DNA of 64,000 bases from NCBI RefSeq assembly GCF_009914755.1, contig NC_060943.1; one strand, given 5' to 3'. Position numbers and translations under genes: made by a program. Under the pieces are notes generated by a model that did no database searches, had not been told where the DNA came from, and saw only the letters and a list, made by a program, of their open reading frames with translations. Below are positions 1 to 19,203 of the stretch, one piece after another. Each line of letters starts with the position of its first letter. The stretch's first letter is position 1. This stretch comes from the human T2T-CHM13v2.0 reference genome, Homo sapiens.

Positions 1-1199
1 TGCAAGAGGTGGACTCCCATGGCCTTGTGTAGTTCTGCCCCTGTAGCTTTGCAGGGTATAGCCCACCTCCTGGCTGTTTTCATGGGCTGATGTTGAGTGT
101 CTGAAGCTTTTCCAGGCTCATGGTGCAAGGTATCTGGGGTCTGGAGGACAGTGTCCCTCTTCTCACAGCTCCACTAGGAAGTGCTCCAGTAGGGACTCTG
201 TGTAGGGGCTCTGATCCTTCCACATTTCCCTTCCACATGGCCCTAGCAGAGGTTCTCCATGAGAGCCCCACCCCTGTAGCAAACTTCTGCTTGGACATCC
301 AGGCGTTTTCATACATCCTCTGAAATCTAGGTGGAGGTTTCCAAATCTCAATTCTTGACTTCTGTGCAGTTGCAGGCTCAACACCAGGTGGAAGCTGCCA
401 AGGCTTGGTGCTTGCACTCTCAAAGCCATGGCCTGAGTTCTATGTTGGCCCCTTTCAGCCATGGCTGGAGTGGCTGAAACACAGAGCACCAAGGCCCTAG
501 GCTACACACAGCACAGTGATCCTGGGCCCGGCCCACAAAACCATTTTTTCCTTGTAGGCCTCTGGGCCTGTGATGGGAGGGGCTGCTGTGATGATCTCTG
601 ACATGCCCTGTAGACACTTTCCCCATTGTCTTGGGGATTAACATTCAGCTTCTCACTACTTATGTGAATTTCTTCAGGCAGCTTGAATTTATCCTCAGAA
701 AATGGCATTTTCTTTTCTATCACATTGTCAGGCTGCAAATTTTCCAAACTTGTATGCTCTGCTTCCTTTATAAAACTGAATGTCTTTAACATCATCTGAG
801 TCTCCTCTTGAATACTTTACTGCTTAGAAATTTCTTCCACCAGATACCCTGAATCATCTCTCTCAAGTTCAGTGTTCCACAGATCTCTAGGGCAGGGGCA
901 AAATGCTGCCACTCTTTTTGCTAAAACATAATGAGAGTCACCTTTGCTCCTGTTCCCAACAAGTTCCTCATCTCCGTCTGAGACCACCTTAGCCTGGACC
1001 TTATTGTTCATAACACTATCAGCATTTTGTCAATGCCATTCAACAAGTCTCTATGAGGTTCCAAATTTTCCCACATTTTCCAGTCTTCTTCTGAGTCCTC
1101 CAAACTGTTCCAACCTCTGCCTGTTACCAAGTTTCAAAGTCGCTTCCACATTTTTGGGTATCTTTTCAGCAGCACCCCACTTCACTGGTACCATATTAC
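1..1199 (-). mobile_element. THE1 (ERVL-MaLR) internal region, runs off the window start
   Basis: Typical THE1-int sequence contiguous with the LTR at 1200-1553; the short ORFs here are non-functional. Confidence 0.85.
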
Positions 1200-1553
1200 T
1201 GTATTAGTCCATTTTCACACTGCTGATAAAGACAAATTCAAGTCTGAGAAGAAAAAGGGGTTTAATTGGATTTACGGTTCCACATGGTGTGGGAGGCTTC
1301 AGAGTCACGGCAGGAGGCAAAAGGCACTTCTTATATGGCAGCAGCAAGAGAAAATGAGGAGGAAGCCAAAGCAGAAACCCCTGATAAACCCATCAGATCT
1401 CATGAGACTTATTCACTATCATGAGAATAGCACAGGAAAGACTGGCCCCCATGATTCAGTGACCTCACCCTGGGTCCCTCCCACAACATGTGGGAATTCT
1501 GGGAGATAGAATTCAAGCTGAGGTTTGGTTGGGGATACAGCCAAACCATATCA
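1200..1553 (-). mobile_element. THE1 LTR (THE1B/C-like), 5' LTR of the element
   Basis: Reverse complement starts TGATATGGTTTGGCTGT and ends ...ACTAATACA; about 354 bp, the canonical THE1 LTR termini. Confidence 0.85.
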
Positions 1554-1644
1554 ACAAATATGGAGAGACTGTGGATCAACAAGATCATCTCGAATTAATA
1601 CAGGAGGTGAGAGTTTAAATTAGAACAACCACTTTGGAAAATAA

Positions 1645-4696
<3,052 letters not shown>

Positions 4697-4699
4697 AGA

Positions 4700-5080
4700 T
4701 AAAGTGCACTTTGTCTGTATTTACAGCCCATAATCAAGAAATCATTGCCCAATCTCATGTCATGATGATATCTGCCTGTCATTATCATTTCTCCTATCAT
4801 TATCATTGAAGGTCTTACGTTTACTCATTGATACATTTTGAGTTCACTATTGTATATGTTATAAGCTAAGGGACCAGTATGTGTAAGTCCAGTTTTCCCA
4901 GCATCACGTGTTGAGAAGTCTGTCCTTTTCCAATGCGATGGTCGTAGCCCATTGTGGACTCTCAGGTGACCCTCTGTGAGTGTTTCTAGGCTCTCTATTC
5001 TACTCCTTTGATTTCTATGCCTCTCCTTAAGCCAGCACCACACTGTCATGATATTATAGCTTTTTAAAGAGGTCAAACAT
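4700..5080 (-). mobile_element. Old L1M ORF2 fragment
   Basis: Degenerate antisense L1 ORF2 3' similarity (ORF 4825-5076 resembles '[24 protein letters not shown]'). Confidence 0.55.
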
Positions 5081-5191
5081 TGGCCACAATAAAATATGCA
5101 CTTCCAAAGCCATTTTTAGGTATTATATATCATGGATTAGGCTCTTTTTTTTTATTCTCAGGACCTACATGGACACTATTTCTCATCCTTG

Positions 5192-6097
5192 TGATACAGG
5201 AGTTATTAAGAAATAATTTTTAGGTAGATAGTAAGGGTAAAAGTTCTTGGTGGAAATTTTCCTGTAATAAGAAACAACCCCCAAACCATCTCTTTTCTAA
5301 CAGAAAAGGTGGCTTGAAGGGCCAGGAGAGCAAGCTTTGATATGCAAATACTGGGTCATTAGAAACGAGGTTCACTCAATGTGGTGATTCCTGCCATCTT
5401 TTCCTTGTCACCAGGTGTACCAAGTGTCATGGCCACTTTCAGATAACACCATGTGTTCGAAACATCATGGCAACCCGCATTTGCATATTAAAGGGCTAAG
5501 ATGGGAGGGCCAGATTTTTCACAGGCTACAGAAATTACACACCTGGTCAAACCAATCCCCTGGGCCCTATGGAAACCAGAAGCCGCCTCCTCCAGCATCC
5601 CAATATAAGCAATCACTTTTCCACCACACATGGTTTTTATGTGTGTGTGTGTGATAGGTTTTTATTTATTATTATACTTTAAGTTCTAGGGTACATGTGC
5701 ACAACGTGCAGGTTTGTTACATATGTATACATGTGCCATGTTGGTGTGCTGCACCCATTAACTCGTCATTTACATTAGGTATTTCTCTTAATGCTTTCCC
5801 TCCCCCCATCATTCTGAGCAAACTATCGCAGGGACAGAAAACCAAACACCGCATGTTCTCACTCGTAGGTGGGAATTGAACAATGAGAACACTTGGACAC
5901 AGGGTGGGGAGCATGGGGGGTTTTTTGTTCGAATCCCCCTCTCTCTGTCTCTGTACGGGGGAGCTGTTTTCTTCCTTCCTTCTTTCTTGCCTATGAAACT
6001 TTTCACCCCTTAAAACCACTCCACATGTGTCCATGTTGTTAATCTTATCAGCACGAGACCAAGGACCCTGGTTCCCTCCAGTCATCGGAGCCATATC
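5192..6097 (+). mobile_element. ERV1-class 5' LTR (MER61-like), interrupted by a small L1
   Basis: Starts TGATACAGGAGTTATTAAGAAATAATTTTTAGGTAGATAG, has a TATA-like AATATAAG, and is followed directly by a primer binding site. The family name is from memory. Confidence 0.65.
5658..5914 (-). mobile_element. Short L1PA insertion with 5' inversion (twin priming)
   Basis: 5658-5806 is an antisense L1 3' end with T-tail; 5806-5914 is the adjacent upstream L1 sequence (end of ORF2 / start of 3'UTR) in sense orientation. Confidence 0.85.
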
Positions 6098-6101
6098 TTT
6101 T

Positions 6102-6120
6102 AGGTGCATTGGCCAGGAAT
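6102..6120 (+). promoter_or_regulatory. Retroviral primer binding site complementary to tRNA-Gly
   Basis: AGGTGCATTGGCCAGGAAT matches TGGTGCATTGGCCGGGAAT (reverse complement of the tRNA-Gly-GCC 3' end with CCA) at 17/19 positions, immediately after the LTR. Confidence 0.75.
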
Positions 6121-9100
6121 GGGAATTCATTCATCAGACTGGTGAGTATGGAGCAAATCTCAACTTTAAATCTGTCTTTTAATCTCTAGGCTCTCTTCCA
6201 GCTATCCTGCCACCAAACTTTCTTTCTCTCTCTACCCGCGGTCTCTTACTGTCTCTCTCACTGTGTCTAATGTGCAGGAATCTTTACAGTTCAGGGAAAC
6301 AGGTCTGTTAGAGAAGATCATGAATCAAGGCAGGCAGTAACTCAATAAACGTCTGTCTCTCTAAGGTTTCGCTGGTGAGCACATGGTATTTCTAAGCCAA
6401 AACCGCCACCTGGTGGAAATAAAAATCCTCTTCATGAGACACTTGGTTCTCTGTGGTACGTTGCAGCTTCACAATTTCTCCATTTTGCACTTTTTTACTG
6501 CTACTTCTGTGGACGGGAAACTCTGGTTTCAACCATTAGGAGTAAGATGTCTTCCACAGCCAGATTTTAGTCCCAATATTGTCCCATCAGTAGGAAAACT
6601 GCCATTCGGTTCCTACACTCTTTTAAGGCACCTATTCTGTCTCCAATTAAGACAGTACTTAATTGGTAAGGGGATATTAAGTTTAGAAGTTAACCAGAAC
6701 AGTTTTTTTTAAAGGGTAAATGCATTAGCACGGGTCATAATAGCAGGCAATCTAGCACATTGCCTCCATTAAAGGAGCCTTGCCCAGAGGTGACACAGTC
6801 TCCCCGGAGATCCGTTTTCAGGGAGCCAGGCAAACTGCACATGTTTAGGAAATCAAAGGTAAATCACACAAGGCAGATAAGCTAAGACTGCATGGGTAAG
6901 CACGGGTAGCCCCATCACTTAGTTCATCCAGCTCTATGGCTTGGAGGACCACACCTACAGCCATGGGTGGCACATTTAACATGGTGCCGGGATCCAGAAA
7001 CCAGGGAGGGGAAGTAATCAGAGGATGCTCCCTGTCTGCTCCTCCACTCTGGGTCATACCAAAAGGAAGGAGACTAAGAAGATGCTTTGTATTCTTTCTT
7101 CTTTTTCTAAATGGATAATAAATTATCTTTAGGTTGCACCCCTCTGGAGTGCACTCTGAAACACTGAAACTTCCTTAATCTCAAAACTGTAAAGAGAAAA
7201 GCAATTTATTTTCTTTTGCACAAGGACATGGCATTTTTACTAAATGGGAGGGAAGCGGTTCTCATAAACAACCCTAACTAAAACTTCAATAGCTCAGGAA
7301 ATGATAGGAAAAGGAAGTACTTTTTAATACTCACTATAAAAGGCCTAGAGGAAACCAGGGCCAAACCTCTCAGTTACTCTAAGCTGTCTATAATGAACCA
7401 AAAGCCAGATAATAATTCTGTAGCCTTTATGGAAAGGCCAAGAGAGGCACTAATAGAGTACATCTCCTTATCCCCTAATTCAATGGAGGAACAGCTCATT
7501 TTGAAGGAGAAGTTTATTACAAAAGCAGCTCCTGATATTAAAACTAAAAAAGCAAGCTTAGGACAAAATACCACCTTAGAGAACCTCCTGCAAGTGGCGA
7601 CTTTGGTCTTTTATAATAGGGACAAGGAGGAGTCCCAACAAAAGCGGGGGAATCTCAAGAGAAGGACAGAGGCTCCAGCAGCAGCTTTGCAAGCTTGTAA
7701 AGTCCAGAATCCCCAAGGTACATCCACTAGTTGCTATTGGCATGGCAGCCCAGAGCATTTTTAAAAGGAATGCCCAGGCAGCAAGATGAAGCAAACTCAA
7801 CCCTATCCAGGCTGTGGCAAAAACCACTGGAAACAGAACTACCCCCAGAGGCAGAGGTCACTGGGTTCAAAATCAGCCTCACAGATGGTCCAGCAGGAAT
7901 GATGGGTCCAAGGGCTCCAACATTGGCTCCAGTGACTCAAACTGCCATAGAGCACAGGAGTCCTAGAGGATTCTGGAAATTTACAAAAGGAAAGTAAACC
8001 TCCTTCTAAGCACTAGAGCCAGTCTCTCTCTTTTCTCCTCTCTAATCCAGGCCTCCGCTCTTCTCATAGCACAACTGTAAAGGGCATCTCGGGAAAAACT
8101 CTAATCCAATATTTTTTTCAACCTTAGCTGTAGTTAGAAAGACCTATTTACACGTGCTTCCAAGTCATTGTCATAATAGCTCTACTAGTCAAAAAAGCCT
8201 CCAAGTTAACCCTAGGAAATAATTCAACTGTTTACAGCCCACATAATGTGGCAGGATCACTGACCTCTAAGGGGAGCTCTTAGCTAGTAAACAGCCAGTA
8301 AAGCAAGAAGTACATAAGGCAGGATGAGCAGTAGTCACTGCCCCAAACACAAGCACTCAATTAGCTGAGCTAATAGCTCTTACAAGAGCACTTAAATTAA
8401 GCCAGAGAAAGATAGCTAACATTTCTACTAACTCCAAGTATGCTTTCCTAATTGTCCATGCTCATGCTGCTATTTAAAAGGAAAGGCATTTTCTTACCAC
8501 TAATGAATCTCCCATAAAATATCACCAGGAAATTAATAGGTTATTATCCTCAGTTTTTCTTCCACAAGAAATAGCAGGATGCATTGTAGGGAACATCAAA
8601 AGAAAATAAATAAGGTAAGCAAAGGAAATAAATTAACTGGTCAGCCAGCTAAGACAGAGGCAAGGAAGTCTCAGGGCATTAACACAACTAGTGAAAGCCC
8701 AAGTCCAGGAACTAAAACCATCTTTATTTAATCCAGGAAATTTAGTATTAGTGAAAAATCTCATCTCTCTCCTTCCCTAAGCCAAGCTGGGAAGGGCCCT
8801 CCACTGTTCTTCTTTCAACCCTCTCAGTAGTAAAATTTACAGGAATCAACTCCTGAATACATCACACTAAAGTCAAAGCTTAAAAAGCTGGGGGAGCAAC
8901 CCCTAACAGTCCAGAGAAACATCCAGAATGTCCATGTGGAAAAGCAGAAAATGTTAAGCTAAAAATCACAAAAATTAAGTAACTGAGTAAGGTCTACCCA
9001 TCTTACTCAGTCCCACATTTACCTCAACATATACTTGTTGTCATTTCTGCCCTTTCCTGTCAAAATTTGCCACCAAATATTAAAACTTCTTTTTAATGTA

Positions 9101-9310
9101 TAATTGCAGAAAATTTTAATGATAAATGAAATTGCACTTGGAACTCCGTAAATCCCCAAAGGGAAATGTTATATCTTGACAAGTAAAGTTTTAAACAAAT
9201 GTTTTTTACTATCCCACTCTTGTGGGAATTGTTATAGTTATGCTACTATTTGTGATAAAACTATACACTGTGGCACCCACAATGTGGAATTCTGGTTGTA
9301 AAATTCTAAT
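6121..9310 (+). mobile_element. Deleted ERV1 internal region (ERV9/HERV-W-like gag, RNase H and integrase remnants)
   Basis: ORF 7393-7764 resembles gag CA MHR/NC (QKPDNNSVAFMER..EAL..Y...EQLILKEKFITKAAPDI). About 8340-8560 is RNase H-like (TSTQLAELIALTRAL..., NSKYAF..VHAHAAI). About 8700-8980 resembles the integrase C-terminus. No 3' LTR seen. Confidence 0.75.
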
Positions 9311-9311
9311 T

Positions 9312-9463
9312 CGTGCTCCTATGAGAATCTAATGCTGGGGCTTATCTGACAGGAGGCCACTCACGCAGTAATGCTTACCCACTGCTCACCTCCTGCTTTG
9401 TGGCTTCTTTCCTAACAGGCCACGGATTGTTACTGCTCTATGGCTTGAGGGTTGGGGACCCCT
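9312..9463 (+). mobile_element. MER1-type hAT-Charlie DNA transposon fragment
   Basis: CCTATGAGAATCTAATGC...TCTGACAGGAGGC...CCTAACAGGCCACGG...GGGGTTGGGGACCCCTG terminal sequence. Confidence 0.7.
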
Positions 9464-10585
9464 GCTCTAGGGTGTATCTCTTTCAGGGTTCCAACTAAAA
9501 GCCTAACTCTCTCTCCCACTTGGCAGACAACAACCTATAATTTTTGTATCTTCAGATCCACAAGACTGATAGAAGTTCTACTCTGCCACCACCTAAGAAT
9601 CAACTTCTAATTTATGATACTATTTTAATTTCCCCAATTGTACAAAAGCATGTCCTTTATAGCTGTTTTAAAATCCATTATCCAATCAGGTTTCATGCAC
9701 TTTGGTGCTATACTTCTTTGGTCTCTTTTAATCTAGAACATTCTCCCTGCCTTGTTATGACATTTTTTGATGCTTTTTGAATTTTTGTCATATATAAGGC
9801 TCCAAAAATGAAAATGAGCTTGGTGGTATGAGGAATTGAAAAGAGGTCAGTATATCAGGCATTTCTTGCACCACGTGTTATCCTCTCAGCCCCACCTCTT
9901 CATCCAGCCATTGCTAAGGTGACCAGGTCCAGACAGTTGTTCACTAGCTTCATGCAGGTACACACTGACAGTGCCTCTCCTTAGTATCTATCTTTCCAGT
10001 ACCTTCCTCTTTCCAGCACTGGGCTTCTTTGAGATGGTAGAATAGGACTTTTGCAGAAATCCTCTCAGCACCCATGCATTTGCAAACCAAAGTTGTGGGA
10101 GACTTAATGCCAACAGGATGACTTTTTAACAACTGGGGATGGGGGCAGATGGATAAATACTTCCTTTCATCTTCTGGGCAGAGAGTACTAAGAAACATTT
10201 CTTATTTGGTCGGGGTGAGGGTGAAAACCAAGCTTATGCCAGAAAAAGTCATAGAAAGCAGCTGGACCCTCATACTGGGAACCTAAATCTCTTATTGGGC
10301 AGATCACTGTAAAGATCCATTGCTGGTAAGTGAAGTAGTGATTACCCATGGCATACTAAGTATCACAATTACTAAGTATTGCTTGGTATTACAATTACGA
10401 GTTCACAATGACTAAGCATAGTCGCCTGTGTGTTCTTGGCAGGAAGTGCTGAGAGAAGGTGAAGCACTGGACTCCAGAAGCTGTGGCACTAGAATGGTAG
10501 GGGTACAATGGGAATCATAGGATTCTGGAAGTATTTGGTTTGGTTTTAACTGCATTGGAATTATTTTTACAAAAAGAAAGAAAGA

Positions 10586-11230
<645 letters not shown>

Positions 11231-11459
11231 CTACCAATTAAAGGCACACTTTGAACACTAGATGTTCCTGATGATAGCATTTAAAGAAACCCTCACATCC
11301 TGCAAGCACAGGGAAGAGAGTGCTGAGTGCTGAAACCCATATGTAGGATCTAATTTCTAAAAACATGGCATAACTGCAAAGGAAACTGGTGGCATGGTCT
11401 TAACAAATGCCAGATTACAAAGTGAATGCTCTGATAGTTGGATAACTCAGCTTCCTAAT

Positions 11460-11870
11460 ATCATAACTTGCTTTAAAAAACTACAGTAATCAAAATGCAT
11501 TCATACCAGCTTAAAGATAAGCCTATAGACCAGTGGAACAGAATTGAGAGTCAAAATAAATCTAAACATCCATCGTAAGTTGATTTCCACAAGGGTGCCA
11601 AGATCATTCAATGTGGGAACAAATTGTCTCCTGAATAAATGGTTTTTGGTTTTTGTGGGGTTTTTTGTTTGTTTGTTTTTAACTTTTATTTTAAGTTCAG
11701 GAGTACATGTGCAGGATGTGCAGGCTTGTTATACACGTAAACCTGTCATGGAGGTTTTTTGTACTGAATATCCACATGTAAAAGAATGAATCTGGACCCT
11801 CACCTTATACTATATACAGAAATTAACTCAAAATGGATCAACAACCCAAATTTAAGAGATAAAACTGCCA
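11460..11870 (+). mobile_element. Old L1M ORF2 fragment with a short antisense L1 3' end inserted (about 11640-11765)
   Basis: L1 ORF2 3' similarity (gaccagtggaacagaattgagag...acaagggtgccaaga...). The inner piece ttttattttaagttcaggagtacatgtgcaggatgtgcagg is an antisense L1PA tail. Confidence 0.65.
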
Positions 11871-11876
11871 AATATG

Positions 11877-12166
<290 letters not shown>

Positions 12167-13576
12167 TTAAAGTCCCTCATGACTGTACTACTCTGTGCAG
12201 GCCCTCCAAGAATGCGGTGTTGCTTTTGCTTTCCTATTTTTGTAGGTGGAAGCAGCTCTAATGGCTTCCATTGCCCTTTCCTACTATCACATTCCTCCCT
12301 GCACAGGTCAGACAACCAATGTGGGATTCTGCCATTTGCTGAGTGTGTCCATTCCACTTCTGCAACCTGACACTGAGCAAATAAGCAGAGGATGGATGTG
12401 GGGCCAACTGGGCAGTGCCAGGTGCTTCCAGTGCTTTCACTTTCACATAATTCCAGCTGAACTTGGAACCGACTTAAAAACAGGATTTGATTCCCCTTTC
12501 ACTTCTACTTATGAAGACATCAATAGATTTCCAGGAAATCCCACGTGGAGAGGAAACTGATTTTGTAATTCACTGCTTGAGTCTGATGCATACTCTCTAG
12601 TTAGTATTTCAGACACAAATCACAGGAACAATATTTGCTGCTTGAGGAAACAGCTATGAAGACACTGAGAGTAGATACAGAGTGTCTTGCCTGCCCTAGG
12701 TGAACTGGCAGGAAATAAGAATCTCTGTGTCCCTGGTTGCTTTAGGAAAGTAGAAACCTATAGAGACTAGGAGAACTTTCTATAGGTGTGAGAAAGTGTG
12801 TGAGGAAAAGAGGAGGATAGTGGACAGCATAGAGATTTCTGGACTGAGACGGGATTTCGGGCGTGAATAACTGAGTGAGTAGCAGCGTGGAAGGGGCTGT
12901 GTCTGAGCTGAGCAGGGCTGAGTGGGAACTGCGCTCTCTACACTGAAACAGAGTAGGGACCTCATGGGGGCTCCCTTCCCCTATTTGGACTCCAAAGTGC
13001 ACAGGTGCCTCCGCTCGACCAGGAAAAAGAAGAGGGAAATTCATATGCTCTCTGCCCTCAGTTCAGGAATGGGGGATGAACCATCCCATTTCTGGAAATG
13101 TTGAGACCCAGACTTAGCAAAGGCTAATTTGTTGATTTAAAGAGTGCTCATAGATGACCATGCCCTTCTACCATCCTCCTTTCTGACTTAGAATGGGAAA
13201 AGTCATGTCATAGAGGAGGAGCTGTGGGCTCAAATAGTGGACAAGGCAGTCAGTACTTTGCAGAGTGTCAATCTTGGTCAGAGATGGATGCAAGGCAAAC
13301 CCTTTGACCAGGGCACACAATGACATGGCTTCATGAGAAGCATGGAGGCTGAAGTGCACAACTTCCCACCCTCACTCCATCATCCTCATCTGTGCCTTCC
13401 CTGGCGATTCCCTGCCCCTTGGTGTGACCCTCCGTGTCGTTTCTGCTGCAGCACAGTCACAGGCCTGAAAACTGAAACTGAGTCTATTTCTGCCACCCCT
13501 ACTCACGCTGCTGAGAAATCTTCCTGGCAGGGGTTCAGAGAAAGAAATAAAGCCAGAGGGCAGGGCCAAGAGGGAC

Positions 13577-13584
13577 TATTTAAG
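13577..13584 (+). promoter_or_regulatory. TATA-like box of LGALS17A
   Basis: TATTTAAG about 75 nt upstream of the ATG; positionally conserved as CATTTAAA in LGALS14 (38711) and in the minus-strand pseudogene. Confidence 0.55.
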
Positions 13585-13653
13585 TGCTGCAAATCAGAGA
13601 CTCACACAGAAGACCAGATACTATTCTGAAGAACTACACAGAGGGAGACAACA

Positions 13654-18382
<4,729 letters not shown>

Positions 18383-18494
18383 TGAAATGATCACATTCCT
18401 CATGGTTAAAGAATCCCTGTTTCTGTGCGACCATGGCATTTCCAGAGCCTGCTAACAGAACGATCACTCCTCACCCCTTCCTCTACACTTGGTC

Positions 18495-18500
18495 ATTAAA
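18495..18500 (+). terminator. Poly(A) signal ATTAAA of LGALS17A exon 4
   Basis: About 113 nt after the stop; the same hexamer is at the homologous position in the paralogs (30629, 43686). Confidence 0.7.
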
Positions 18501-18895
18501 ACTTCACCAAATTTTCCAGAATCTGGTTCTTACTTTCATGGAGAAAAAGACAAAGTGGCACAAGGACACAAGTGACACAAGGCCACTGTGATGTCTGAGA
18601 TTACATAACGAAGACATCCTTTTATGTCAGCCCGTACTTTACGTCAGACACTCTGAACCAAAATTCCTCCTTCATTGTAGATGACTCACTCCAGTGAAAT
18701 GTTGGGTAGCTGTTTACAACCTCACAGGCATAATTGATTTTGGGGAGAAGCTTTGTAATTTGAGGAAAGTCATATGAAATGTCTTCATTCTTGCACTCAT
18801 TCTAAGGATGTTTCCTGTGTCTTAATACTGTGTCTGGCGTTGTGCAGGAAGCACTGAAAAAGCCGAGGAAATACTGACCAAGTTTGCACCTGAAA

Positions 18896-19203
18896 TTTTG
18901 TTTTGTTGTTGTTCTTTGAGACAAGTTCTTGCTCTGTCATTCAGGCTGGACTGCAGTGGCACCATTAAGGCTCACTGCAGCCTCGACACCCTGGGCTCAA
19001 AAATTCCTCCTGCCTCAGCCCCCCAAGTAGGTGAGACCACAGGTGAGCACCACCATGGCCAGCTAATTTCTGCATGTTTTTTTTGTAGAGATGGGGTTTT
19101 GCCATGTTGCCCAGGCTGGTGTCGAACTCCTGAAGTCAAGCAATCCAGCAACCTCGGCCCACCAAATTGCTGGCATTACAAGTGTGAGCCCCTGTGCTTG
19201 GCC
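18896..19203 (-). mobile_element. AluJ
   Basis: Antisense diverged Alu (gctcactgcagcctcgac...ctgggctcaa). Confidence 0.85.

Noticed and set aside
7393-7764. Domesticated gag, or a syncytin-like env in this ERV
   Set aside because: The gag fragment is short and degenerate, and no env ORF is present.
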